DNA of 59,548 bases, the filler included, from Perkinsus olseni (lineage: Eukaryota): assembly GCA_013115125.1 (NCBI GenBank). It is 3 parts of 3 records of this genome, joined end to end, with 100 filler letters (N's around TTAATTAATTAA, not from the genome) between each part and the next. Parts side by side here need not be neighbours in the genome. Positions count along the whole stretch, not along the records: positions 1 to 19,811 come from JABANN010000592.1; 2 more parts are not named here. One strand, 5' to 3'. The first letter of the stretch is position 1, and every line of letters starts with the position of its first letter. The notes under the pieces are model-generated. The model worked only from the letters and a program-made list of their open reading frames with translations. It did not search any database and was not told where the DNA came from. The position numbers and the translations under genes were made by a program. Positions 1 to 13,005 of this stretch are shown here, in pieces.

Positions 1-2900
1 TCCACGTCGACTGACACAGGAAACGGCCATCATACGGTAACACAACCCCACCGAACGAGGCCTCGAACATTCGACGAGTGGCGACCGTCAGTCGGGTACG
101 ATTATGCCTCTCGCCCGAAAAGGTGGCCAGCAAATACTCCCGACCCTTTCAAGACAGATCGGGTTACCCGGGAGTGAGCCGACGACTAGAGCACTGTCGG
201 ACTAGCAGGGTGCCAAGGAAGTGCATCGATCAGCAGGCAGCGCACGGCTAGATGGCATTCCGGCAATTATTCAAACGGTGGCCCCCCTTTATACCGGGCT
301 GCTTCTACTACGTATATGCCCGCGGAGAGAGGTCCGATACACTCAGTGGGAGGTGAAAATAGTTACCGGAAACTTCTGGTTTTGGCAGAAAGGCCGCCCA
401 CTAAGACACGATCGGACTTTGACCGGCCTACCTCGCTTCAGTTCATCCCCATCATCCCCGCTGGCCGACAGTTGCACCGTGATGAGCCCATCAGGATTGT
501 ACTTGGTACTCAATGCCGAAGCCGAGACTGTGCCAGCCGGGCCGATTGGATGGACGAAGCTGACATGGTGCGGAAGGTCCCCGGTTCGATCCCTGGGCTC
601 CTCTTACATTTCTTCGCTCTTGCTCTTCACCACGACGAGAGGCGATGCCCGAGGGCCTGGTATGATGAAAAGTCCCTCCCTGTCATACGACCCGAGTCTA
701 GCGAAGGGCGATACCAATGCTGATGACGCCTGAATGGGAATGTCAAGTAGTCGGTCAGAGGTCCCCGGTTCAATTCCCAGGCGGCGCAATTTTCATCCCT
801 CACCCAGACAGTGGTGTCCTCCGTGGATGAGCTCATCTCCGCAACGAGTCCGCAGTTTTTATGCTCTACCATTTGGAAGGAGTACGGGAAACTCTCCTGC
901 AACGGTCGACCAGGGCAGGAGAACGATCGGTATCTACAACGAAAAATCGCCAAACAAAAATCCCTTCGCTCCGCCTACATCAATGGTGGTCTGTTCCTAA
1001 TGAGAACCACCAAGACAGGGAGACCGTCGATCCAGTGGAGCTGCACTGCTGCAACAACCGAGGTGGCATCGATAGGCGGCGGGGCTGGTGGAGGCGATAT
1101 CGGCCTGGAATAAAAGAGTTCACCAGAAGGCGTGAACACGAAGTCCGTTGATGAAAGGATCTCCATGAGTGCTGATAGTACAGTCGGCAGCCGTACGCGA
1201 CATCTCGAGAGGCCGAACAAGACATCAAGAATAGGGACCCGAAGTTATCCAGAGGAACTTATTGCATCGCGAATAGCGTACAGAATGATGGTCGAAAAAC
1301 TTCTCCGCTCCGCCGAGGTCTATTCTTCGGCGAATTAGAACTCACCTGGAAGTCGGATCCGTGATAGAGAGGAACAGATTGGTGGTCTTCACCCTAGGAT
1401 GCAACAGCGGCGGGGCTACCGCGATGCAGGCCACATCAAAGACCAGCACAGGAGGGGTGACGGAAATATCGTAACTAGAACGAAAGGGTCGGACGAGCTC
1501 TCGGCACTTGCCGTGACTCATTAGGCCCTTTGCGAAAGCATGTACGGTTCATTCCCAAGGCGTCCAGACTGGAACGAACATTCTGATCATTCTACCTTGC
1601 GCTGACTATGAACGACATTGGAGAAACATCCAACGTCCCTTCTATAATCTTCGCACTTACATCTTCACAGCGCTAGTCTCCTGTTCCACCAGAGTGAGGT
1701 ACTTCGTCATCTTACCACCACTGACATGAGCCAGCCCCCATAGTGGTGGCGGGGTAGCCGAAGCGCCTGGCTCGTCAGGGCAGCCGAGTCGGTCCGTTGG
1801 AATCTCCTTGAACGACCCGTCAATGTGATGGAATAAGCCCAACGTGCCTGGAGGGATAATGACAAGTGCAGGGATCGAACCCGGGATCCACCATCGTCCA
1901 TAACAGCCGCTACAAACTCGTCATTGAGACTAGCCTGTTTGCATGGCAGACCAAAGTGAAGGACCATCTCCGCCGAACACCCAATAGGTAGTCGACGAAC
2001 ACCCAATGGAGTCACCTAAGCAGCATAATTTCGTGGCGCAGTGACAACTTTCCAGTCAGCGTACCATATAAAATGAATCGCCCATCTTCCCAACGTCAAG
2101 TGGAGCTTCCGTGGTCCGATAGACCTCGTCAATAGACGACGTGAGGTCCAGCAGAACACAGCCTTCCTGTTGTCCCAGGCTCAGCACCTAAACCGAGCCA
2201 AGCTACTACCCCTCTTCCACCGCTTCCTCTCGGACACCTGCCTCACCCCATAGCGGTTATCGCCATCAACTACAGTCCATAAGGATATGCTTCGCAGTGA
2301 ATCCAACTCCAGTGCTGTTGAGATGGAGCCTGATCATGTCAGTAAAGATCCCAAAGTGCCCTCCAACCGTACAGCACAGTACTGTGGATACGGCAATTTA
2401 AATATCGTACCGCACCTTCAACAATTCACCACATTATTATCTTAATGTCCGATAAAAAGCTAATCGACGGTAGCAAACGGTTTGCGAGTAATTTCATTTC
2501 GCCCCACTCACACGAGTTTCCTTTACCCATACTAAAGTAGGTAGTACCAAAACTTCCACTACTCACAATTATTCCCAATGCGATGAGCCGAGGGAACCCT
2601 GCCTGAGCTCTTACATGTGAAGACCTCCTCAATAGGAACTTGTCCTTCCCGATGAACCACAGCTAACCGCCCGGTGGTCGACATACCGCACGACAAGACC
2701 AGCAAGTCCGATGGCAGATCCTCCGACGCTGGCAACGGAGCATCAACAGCACTCCCTTCCCGTCACGGCCTACCGGGCAGAGGGGCGGCATGCCTGACCA
2801 CTCCCAGACTTGGCAGCAGATGAGGATTCAGAGACCGGCACTTAACCGAAGGCACCACTTGACTGCTCATCTTCTCGCCAGCGTAACTGACAGGAGAGTT
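1..2900 (-). mobile_element. Possible heavily decayed retroelement/repeat mosaic
   Basis: No long ORF. Minus-strand fragments weakly resemble integrase (LFLSITDPTSR, LHWIDGLPVLVVLIRNRP) and RT (MHFLG) motifs, broken by stops. Motif order is not clean. Confidence 0.3.
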
Positions 2901-3519
2901 GCCGTAAAGACCACCGACTCGACGGAGATGAGCGCTGAAAATCCTAACTAATATTTATCATAATCAGTAATCTATCCGATGTCCAACAAGAAACTAATAT
3001 ACCCTTCATTTGGCATGAGAAATGAATTGAAAATCACTGTTGTTCATAGAACATCTTTCACAGTTTACAAACCCGATTTCGCTCCACTCCAATTTTACTA
3101 CTATGTCACTACCGTAGAGCATACATCACCAGGTCTATGCCGAAACTACAAGAATGAGCATCAACTACCAATGTTTGCAAATAAACACCCCCCTTCTGCG
3201 GTTCCTTATAATAATGAATGTCTACCGTCCGCGGAGCGGTCTCTCGAAGCAGCGTTCGCAACGAGAAATACAGACCTCGCTAAAAATGAGGAATAGAGTG
3301 AATCGTGATAAAGTCAAGAGCACACATAACGCTTTCTCTCCTCTGATAAAATATCAATACTACATCAACCACACCCGTATTACATCTCCATCAGCCTGCC
3401 GAGTAGTGGGTCATCCGACTCCTTCTGAACAGCCTCGAAAACACTCACACCTCCACAAGAATCCTCCGGGCTCTCCGGCATCGTCGACCTACATACAGCA
3501 CGATACGCGCGTACTACAG

Positions 3520-6380
3520 TAGCGCCCCTCATTCTCTACTCGGAGTCGCTCCTCGCGCTCAATGCTGGCAGCCGCTGGGCCGAGGCCGGCGACAACGTAA
3601 GTTGGCTCTCCTCAACGTCAAAGGATGTCAGATCGCCCATCGTTGACGCGCAAATCACAACGCTAAAGAGAAGACCATCAAGAAAAATCCTTTGGGTAAT
3701 TAGCACTACTTTTTTTGTCGATATGAGAGCATCGTGTGGACCGCTTGTAACGGTAGAGTTACCTCAACCCGTTGCCACACCAGATCAGTTATTTGCTCCC
3801 CAGCTCCGAAGATTACATGACAGACGTAGGCCACGGAGGATGCTAGCGCGAAGATAACCTAAACATCAAGCCTTCAACCCATGGGAGTGCGGCATAGCGA
3901 GAACCACCAACTCCGAGAAATATCGAATACGAAGATTCAACCTCGCAAGTTTTCGTGCATCTTGAAGCGTCGAGTGGCCCACCGTATAACCAGCTGCACG
4001 CCATCCCCCATGCCGCCCGCAACTACCACATCACTCCTCCATACAGTAGTTGCACATCCGTCCATCGAGAGCTGCTGGTCTAGGAGGTTTCGTTGCTTGA
4101 TGGGGAGCCGTGTCCGCTTAAGCTCCTTGGCAGATGCAGCCTGCGAACCGAAGAGAACCGATATCCATGCGAAGAGATAAAATTCAGATGCCCAGAATCG
4201 AACACATGATCTTTCGGCTAACCGCCCAGAACCAAAACGATTATATCAATTTCACAGACGACTTCTGCTTCAAAATCCTCGCTCTTCCCCTCTATCACCT
4301 CCGTTGTCGGCTGACACCATGTCGCTCCGAATCCTCCGCTCACAGCTACTACCGCATCCGGCGATAACAGCAGCATGGATGTTCCAAGGCCCAAGGGAAC
4401 CTGCACTTCGGAATGTGACCGAGGTTCGAACCAACCACCCTCTGTTCCCCCCTCCCGGAATTTCACTGAGCGTCCTCCATCCAAACCGCTTCAGTCTATA
4501 CCAGTGTATGCATCTCCGCTGTGAATAATTCTGACTAATCAATGCGTTGAGTTTTCAATCCACACACTCAAGGAAACTAGGGCCTGTTTCGAAATGTTAG
4601 TAGAACAGAACCAGCGCTACATTATCCCGCTCCCCGCATTACTATCGAGAAGGTATTCAACGGCAATTTCTTGACTGCCCATACTGGTGACACGCAGGGT
4701 GATGCGGCGGAACCTCCTCTGAAGAAGACAGCCATGACTTCGCGTATTTGAACCGATATTCGCGAGCATGCAGCCTCTGTTATTCAGTGTAAGTTGCCAT
4801 GAAATGCAATCTCACTACGAAAAAAGCATTTCATACATCCGACGAGTAACAGCTCTCGTCGAGCACACTTGCACGATTTCCGTTATGCCCCAGTACGCAC
4901 GAGCGACCAATCCCAATGTATTACCCAAGGCCAAGGGCTCCTCCCTGTCCATAGCCACCCAGAGCAGCACTACTCTAACACAGCAAACGGCCATGAACAG
5001 CAGCTTCTTCCGGAGCCTTACTGTAGATACAATCCTGCTCATGTCCACTGCCAATATGCTTAGCATGGATGCATTATGGCTACTATGCTCCATACGACTC
5101 GCTGATGGATGAGGGTTCAAAAACGATGGGCCGATGACCGCCAAGACCTGACAGTACCACGCGTCTCCTTGCACGGCAACTTTCTACAGCCATTACCGGT
5201 AGAGTATCCTTCGAGGTACTCGATGGGGTGTCCAAGAACTGCATATCATCGATCGAGTACAAGCCCAACAACCGACGTATTTGGACGGTCTGAGGTGCTG
5301 AGGCCATCGAGCAACAACAGCAAAGCCAACCGAGTCATTGTAGCACAATGATGAAGCTAAGCTCATCGACCAATGCTAAGATTGCGGATCGAAGGCAAAG
5401 CGGCGAAAAGTTGACGCTTCCGAGCCTGAGTTCAACTTCCTTCCTCAATCGATGATGCCTGCCGTGGAAAATACTTCCGCGAAACCGCTGTAAATGCCAC
5501 GATGGCAGTTCGATTCGTAGGTGATGATACTGATGCTGGCAACAAGCTAGTACGTCAAGTTGACAATCATTCAATCTGTCGTGTAACGGAGACAGCAGAT
5601 ACGGCAGCTCCAATCACCCAAATGTAATACACCACGGTTCACGCAGGCCCATGAAGGCCGTCTAATTTTCTGTTACGTCACCAGATCGACACGTAAGTTC
5701 CCGAAGCTCTCTCGTTATAACTGCCCCATTTATGACCTGCGCTGAGCATCCACTTGCGCTCTGCTGCGTATCATCTCCCTCCATGTCCATTGATGAGCCT
5801 CCCAACGTACCTATGCAGCAGTCCAAACTCCGACTGTTCGACAGAACGGGAAGTAAAACACAGAACCATACTCAGGAGGATATTTCACAAAGGGTAATCT
5901 CCCGCTTCAGGAGTTCCACCTGCCTCACGATACTTACACAACGTGAGATGGCCCAGTCTATCGCTGACAGTGATCGCGCAGAGAGACCTCGTCGCACTCG
6001 CCCTCACAGTACAATGCTGCGGATCATTCAAACAGTGGCCCGTCTCCGCTACCACCGATACTGTACGAGTACCTATCAACGCCGCTACGACGACACCGAG
6101 ACGGGTAAGGAAAATCCTACTAGAGCCATCAGCTCCAGTAGCCTCCTCTACTCCAGTCACATGAGACACTCCGCCGTATAATGGGGAATAGCTGCACGTA
6201 CATCGCATCGCATTGGCGTAGGGGTCGAAGCACAGGAGCGATAGCTGACAGAAACAGCTTGAGGGACGGCTGATCGCTGGTGCAAATTATGATGAAATTT
6301 CCGGAAAAACCAGAATCTCCAGGCCTCACACAAGACCAGACTTCCCCGCGTTCAGTTCGAGTTTCACGCTTTTTCCTCAT
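3520..6380 (-). CDS. Possible many-exon hypothetical gene with an N-terminal hydrophobic segment; boundaries approximate
   Basis: Short GT..AG-bounded pieces splice in frame, e.g. IFLTRLGVVVAALI|ALY|SIDWAISRC|SEFGLLH. No family recognised. Confidence 0.3.
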
Positions 6381-9300
6381 CACTACGTGAAAGCACCCCT
6401 GTTACCTGTCCATCTCTAAATATCAACAGCACTTGGTCCTGCTGCTCTCCAGCAGTATCATCCATGTCGCTGTCAACTGTAGCTCTGGGACGGCGGTACA
6501 CCACTGCGTCATGACACCGGCCAGAGAGAAGGGTCTCGCAAACGAACCTAGTAGTGTGATTCAGCGGACGAAGGACTCGATAGTAGTAAGGTAGAATAAT
6601 TTCTCCCTCAAGTTTTCCCTCCGTCGCCTATCATACTGAATTACACGTGGATCCATTCGGAACCGATGCGCAAGTTCGAACTACACATCGTTATCGCTCG
6701 CGTTTGAACTTTGCGGTCGGTATCTTCAACTTTACAGTTACGGGCTCAAGAGCAAATTCTGTAAGTGGTGATGGATTGGTGATATTTCGACTGATTTTAT
6801 TTTTTGAATGTACACTTTACATCAGTGAGTGAAATTGTCAAAGATGCTTCCCTTTCGGTGAGGAGGGAAGGTTACTCCGTAGGGCAGGTGGAGCAACCTT
6901 CGCTGTGCGCTATAAAGATACTCCCATTTCCCTACTACCTCAGCTCTCTAGTTGGTGTGATACGATACAGCCGAAGGAGACATCCACCGCATATGAGAAC
7001 GAGATCCTCTCCTTCACTGTCGCCATCCTCTTTGCTCTCCACATTCGCAATGAATCGGCCTTTTAACGCGAAATCAACGGTGGTTCGGGAGGAGCATTCA
7101 GTGTAGACTTGATGGGACATTAGACCACAGCCCAACTACGATTGGATTACTAGCAACAACGCGGCAACTCAGCATCATCAAACGCCGAATGATTATCATC
7201 ATCAACGGGGGGCGGTCCATCATAACGCATGTTGAGTTCCATTTCGTTTTCCGCGGAATGACCCAGAGCTTATCGCGCCGTCTCGTGAACCAGCTCTTTT
7301 TAACTCAAGAAGGGGGCACCGGCACGAGGTCTTTTGCGATTCAAGGTTGTAATGAGGGTGAATCTTCCGCGGTGATAACTGCACGTTACAGTCCAGGCGT
7401 TAAGGAAAAACCTGTTGATTGCAAATGTAAAGCCACATGTGGATGGAAGCCGAAATCCCAGGCTCAAATTTTAATGCGACTGAGGACCGTCATCCGCGCG
7501 GAATGGCTTTTATCAAAATAGCCGAAAACCCTTCAAAAAAGTTTTTTGAGTGGAAACGGAAATATACACGACTGACATGATAGATTATGCAGGTCACAAG
7601 CGAAACGTTTATCAATCTCAACCAGTCAAACAGACGGACAAAACAGCGCCAGATACAGCAATACCTGTTGTGAGGATTTTGTGGCGCGTGACTCATCTGT
7701 CCCTGTCTTTATCTTCTCGATAATCTTCGGGCGCGGCTCGGCCGTGCTGGCCCCACAGCCGACTAATCGGGCACCGGCGGTGCCCTAGGTACGAAGGTTG
7801 TGCAAGGTTGATAGGGAGGCCGATGTGCCGGACTATCAACGACGCTCCCAGAAACTGAAAACCGGCAGCCAGCACCGCCGGTCAGCAGCAGCAGGGAGCT
7901 GTGAGTCACAGCCTGCGACCTGCCGAGCACCCGAAGCCGTCTTCGAGTAGTATGTGGCGCGTGCGGACTCTGCAGCACGCAAGCTACACGGCATAAGGGC
8001 TCTGACCGCACTCGGCAGCCTGCTGGCAGCCCGCTGGCAAAAGGGCGAACTAGGGGCTCGTCACGGCGATGACATCGCCGAAGCGAGTCACAACTTTGAG
8101 ATCGCTGTGAACGTCTTGGCCATCCGGGCCAATCGATATTCGACGTCACAGGGCTCCTTCTCAAGCTTAGCCACAGTTTGGACTAGCGTCATCTCCCGCA
8201 CGGCGAGACGCGCAGCTGTCGATCAGTCGGCTTGGTAAGGAGCCGTTCGTCGCCTCTGCTCAGCTGTTCACCTCCACAGCCTGTGGAGCCCACAGTGTGG
8301 GCCACAGAAGCTGCCTGCTCAAGTTGGTAGGGTGGGTGTCTGGCTCAATCAGCGGTCAGTGACATCGCCATCCGTCAGTCATCACCCACCAAATATGGCC
8401 ACCCGCTCGGGTCGCGGTCTGCTGACCCAACAACAGGTAAACGGCAAGGATAACCCGCATGAGATTTCGAGAGGCCATCCGCGTAAATGGCTCATGATGT
8501 CATGGGACTTGCGACTACTACGACGGTCCTGTGACTCAGAATTCCTGAATCAGTAAACGCTCCTCAACGTCGTCTGGACTGGCTCCTTGTGGACCCGCTA
8601 GGAACGGTAGCTGCTTAGCGGCAGAAATGCATAATGCGAGCGAAATCCCCATGCTCAAGGTTGGGAGTGTGAACGGCGTGTGGCTTTGCTCTGACCTGTT
8701 TGCCACTCATTAGTGTTAGAGCCAGCAACGGGGCTGCAGCCGGTGTTTGACGTGATCTGGAAGTCAGTCGCCACTACGGCTCTGTAGGACACAATGCTGA
8801 TGCTATGCCACCCCGCTGTCTCTTCGTCTGTGCACGCATGCGCATCAGCCTGGCTGCTGTTGGTCGAACGCATGCGCGCCAGTCTTATTATTAGTTATGA
8901 TAGTACGTGCACTATTATCTGTTCTCTGTATCTCTCTATTCTGTCAAATTGACAGCTCGAGAAATTGAAACTTGGCTTTGGGCATCTATTTAGAGGAAGC
9001 ACCAGACACTGGTGACGGATTTTAGAGTTCTCGCACCGACTTCACGGTTCTACGCACGGATTAGATATGCCCGTTAGTAACGAGCCGTTACAAACTGGGG
9101 CATCCGAATTCACCTTCTCGAATTTGATAGCTCTTTTTCCAACCAAAAATTGGACAAGGTTTATTCTGCGCCTCAGCCAATGGTAACGTAGTTGTGTGAC
9201 AGAACTTCTGTCCCGTTGTATCCACGCGCTCGCGCGTACGTGCATGATCATCACCAGCACCGGCCGCACCATAACTGCTCTCTCCAGAATTGGCCTCGTT

Positions 9301-9787
9301 ACTGCAACACTACCTTGTCTCACTTGACGCACTCCGTACACTCTGTTCACTCGAGTCAGATTAACGGAGCAAAAAGTTATGAAGATAGCTTGTTGCTGTT
9401 ATGTTGGGGCCAGCGTATGCGTGCAACGATGAGGCTAGCCGTTGCCGGGTGTTGACCAGAAGACGCTTCTGAGAAGAGGGACTAGTCCTAGCCCGAGACA
9501 CTGTCGGGCCCTTCATTCATCGATAGAGGCTCTATCATCTCTATATCGAGACACTAAGGCTCTAGGTGACTCGGGCAAGAGAGTCTTTCGGCCTAGTAGC
9601 GCATGAAAACTCACGGTAAATTGTCCATTCTGAAGTGTGCTTTTTCTGGTGAGATGCGTAGTGGGGCATCAGTAAGACCGGAGTCTCCTTCGATTCCCTG
9701 AGATGAGCTTTGCTTCCTAGCCTCTCGAGACAGGCTTTCCGTAGAGGTTGATAATCATTTCAGGTTCTCAAATCATTTGCTCTCGAC

Positions 9788-11239
9788 ATGGACTGCAGTA
9801 GGCTACGGTCAGACTCGCATAGCGATGGCCAGCTACGAGGCTGCCCTTTATCAAGTATCATGCTGGATCGAAGTTTCCTTCGTCACTGCGACAGTCGAAG
9901 TGATGCATTCAGTGCCTCGGTACCAGTCAGGTCCATCGACTTTTTCTTGAGCCATTCTTGGTCTGCTGACGGTTTTTGGAAACAGATGGCTATTTTCATC
10001 TATTTTAATTCTGCTTACAAACTCGTGTTATTGCCATTTTTGACGGGAGCATATCTCTTTCTCTCCCCCACCCTCCACGGCAGACTTCTAGAGCTATTCT
10101 TATTTGTTCCCAGTTGTGTATCATTCCTTATTGTTCTATTCCTTATTCCTCTTTTCAAGCATCGCAATACGATGGTTTTCCTTGATATATGCTGCATACC
10201 ACAGAAGGATCCGGCTGCCAAGCTATACGGTATATCGAAGCTGGCCGAGTATCTCCGAGTATCAGATAAGCTCTTGATACTCTGGTCTCCCGATTATCTT
10301 GATCGGCTTTGGTGTGTTTACGAGCTGGCCGTCTTCCTCCGGACGCATGACGAGAAAGATGTGGTTTTGGTTAATCTGAATCACATCAAGCTCTGTGTGT
10401 CGTCGATGCTTCTGCAGTTCTTCAGTATCCTCACTCTGTGTCTACAGCTCTATTATAAATCAACACAGAACGTGTATATCGGATATCTCATGGGAATGGT
10501 CACGAGTCTCTTAATAGGTCGTGAAGCCTTCGCTTGCAGTAAAGAGTGGCAAAAGTTCTGCTCCAGAGTGAGGCGCTTTAACGTCCGCGAGGCTGAGTGC
10601 ACATCCTTAGCGGACTACGATAACCTCAAGCAGCTCATTACTGATATGTACGGATCGGAGGCGAACTTTGCAGCGGTTGTGAAGTGTCTGTGGCTAGGTG
10701 GAGGTAAAGCGAAGAGCTTTCCCACTTGGCTATTCTCCGGGGCGTCTTTGAGGATCATGTGTGCACCTTCTATCCCCCTCATCGTGGCGTGTGCCGTGGA
10801 CTATATAGTCTGTATAGCCACAGAAGAGTCGTTTCCTATGGTGCCGACTTATTCTCAGAGTCACGCCTCTCCGGTCCCAGCGAGTAAGACGCTCGCGATA
10901 TTCTGGGCCACACGGCTTTCTATTTTTCCGACAACGTTGATGTGCCTTCGTGCTCCCTTCATGCTACTCATCGGACACGGATTGGCGACTCGTTGGAACC
11001 TTCGAAAAATTAGTGGGCGGTTCCTGGCTGTAGCCTTCGCTTTGTGCTTCGCCGCGTACAACTGTTTCGCTCAGCTTGTATGCGGGTTGGATATTTTTCA
11101 TCACCCCTTACGCATATCCATACTGAAGGGGCCTACGGATGAGGCGCTTCTCTGGCTGACGGGATTCATTGCTCTAAGTATGGTATCTCTTCTCTTACGA
11201 CGATCATATACATATCACCTTCCGGAGGATTTGTCATAA
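9788..11239 (+). CDS. Intronless multi-pass membrane protein with split TIR-like motifs (483 aa)
   Basis: Motifs DFFLSHSW, VFLDICCIPQ, LLILWSPDYLDRLWCVYELA and FNVREAEC..D...I are separated by hydrophobic helices. Acceptor-like catttcag lies 24 nt upstream of the ATG. Confidence 0.8.
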   Translation: MDCSRLRSDSHSDGQLRGCPLSSIMLDRSFLRHCDSRSDAFSASVPVRSIDFFLSHSWSADGFWKQMAIFIYFNSAYKLVLLPFLTGAYLFLSPTLHGRLLELFLFVPSCVSFLIVLFLIPLFKHRNTMVFLDICCIPQKDPAAKLYGISKLAEYLRVSDKLLILWSPDYLDRLWCVYELAVFLRTHDEKDVVLVNLNHIKLCVSSMLLQFFSILTLCLQLYYKSTQNVYIGYLMGMVTSLLIGREAFACSKEWQKFCSRVRRFNVREAECTSLADYDNLKQLITDMYGSEANFAAVVKCLWLGGGKAKSFPTWLFSGASLRIMCAPSIPLIVACAVDYIVCIATEESFPMVPTYSQSHASPVPASKTLAIFWATRLSIFPTTLMCLRAPFMLLIGHGLATRWNLRKISGRFLAVAFALCFAAYNCFAQLVCGLDIFHHPLRISILKGPTDEALLWLTGFIALSMVSLLLRRSYTYHLPEDLS

Positions 11240-11962
11240 ATTTAATCTGTATATCACGACTTGACGACCGGTCAGACAAGTTTCGAGTTCTCGTTAATGA
11301 TGAACGCTGCTTCAGAGATCTCATCGAGGATGTCTGTCTGACCTGCGACCATCGCGCGATGATGCGACATCGATTATTGTATGACGGTTTGTCCTTGAAG
11401 ACAGCTGCCGAATTGCATGCAGTACAGGTGCGAGGCTCTTCCGTACACTTTGAAGTCAAACATATTCCGGTCGTACACTTGCAATCCGTCCAGAATCAAC
11501 TCGGTCACGGTAAAGCTTATTTCGACGCAGTTTCGATTCGTGTAGTTTCACTGAAATTGTAATCGCGGCGGCCAACACACCAGAAGAAAAAACCACCACG
11601 GTTTTTTTTCTTCTGGCCATCGTGGGTCTTTTTCTTCTTCTTCCTTACCGTCTTCTTGAGTACATTACAAAGATCTTAGCGGAACAAAACACTTCACGGT
11701 TTCGCGGATTATCGGGCGAGCTCTAATGATTATGGGCACATGGCTTCTGATGTTGATAACTTCTAGCCCGTAAAGAGCGAACCCAGCGAGGATCACTAGC
11801 TTCAAGATAGCGAACCTCGCCGGGATAGTATCTTGTTGGGTAGTCGTTGCTAAACTCCACCCATCGTATCACGGTTAATGCTACACGACCCGAAGTTCGG
11901 TCTGGTGGTCGCAACAGCTCGACCTTTTCCGATCGCCTCTCTTCACATGTTTTTACCTATTA

Positions 11963-12300
11963 ATGATGAACATTCTGACACTTCTAGCTGCTATTGTGGC
12001 TACTCAAGAGGCCTCTGCTAAGCTCTCCGGCGTGTCGTTCCTCGAACTGTCTGAAAGTCCTTTCACGACTGATAACACTGATCAGGAGGCCGCGGAAGTT
12101 GCTAAGACATTGGAAGGACTTAACTTGGACGAGGACGAAGACGGTGAGGAAGATATCTCGTCCGGCGAGGCCATGCTAGGCGAGTCGGGCAGCGCTCACA
12201 TTCACTACTACGTGTGAGGGACATGCGTGTGAAGGGCTCTCAACAACTGTTGTTGTAATCTCATGTCTAGTGCACCCGATTCGAGCTTGCGTTTGAGTAA
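11963..12300 (+). CDS. Small acidic secreted protein; 3' end uncertain (probable short intron near 12212-12270)
   Basis: Signal peptide MMNILTLLAAIVATQEASA, then an SFLE motif and an acidic body. A GT..ctag intron candidate follows HIHYY. Confidence 0.6.
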
Positions 12301-12478
12301 TTCATACCGTCATGTTCGAACACATCCCATTGTTGCTACCGGAGGTCGCCCGTGTGTTTCACAAGTACCAAAGATACTCTGTCATTACGATCCTTTCCAT
12401 GCGTCGACTTTGCAGGTGTATGTTTTATCCCTTCGTCGTTTCGCACCGATCAATTTTCTCGTGTCGTTTAGCGCTCTA

Positions 12479-13005
12479 CACCATTCAGAAGTCTATTTGG
12501 CGGATAAGGTTGCCGTTGCCTATATGGGGGTAGAGGATTTCACGTTGGCGGGTCGTTGAGACAGCGAATTGGCGGTAGGGTAGAGACGGGGGTATACAAT
12601 TGGCGGATAAAAAAGTCATTTTAGCGGCAGGCCCCGAATAAGGCACACAATTTCATGGTTAAGGAAGTCAATTTTGCTGATAAGGACATCAATTTCGGGG
12701 GGCCAACTTGAGTCATACCGGAAATCTTACCGCCGCTTTTCTCAGAGTGACACAACTGCGCGACAGTGTATGACAGTATCTACAGTATCGCGACAGTGAT
12801 GTCCGTATCAGCGAAATTGACTTCCTTAACCATGAAATTGTGTGCCTTATTCGGGGCCTGCCGCTAAAATGACTTCTTTATCCGCCAATTGTATCCCCTC
12901 ATCTCGACCCTACCGCCAATTTGCTGTCTCAACGACCCGCCAATGTGAAATCTCGGCCCCCATATAGGCAACGGCCTTGTCCGCTAAATAGACTTCTGAA
13001 TGGTA
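12479..13005. mobile_element. MITE family A: ~527 bp with ~210 bp terminal inverted repeats, flanked by TA
   Basis: 12479-12691 is a near reverse complement of 12797-13005. Ends are TA|CACCATTCAGAAG...CTTCTGAATGGTA|TA, with TTGGCGG subrepeats in the arms. No coding capacity. Confidence 0.9.

Noticed and set aside
221-733. 170 aa plus-strand ORF and most other short ORFs in the track
   Set aside because: No motifs or gene-like context; likely chance or antisense frames.
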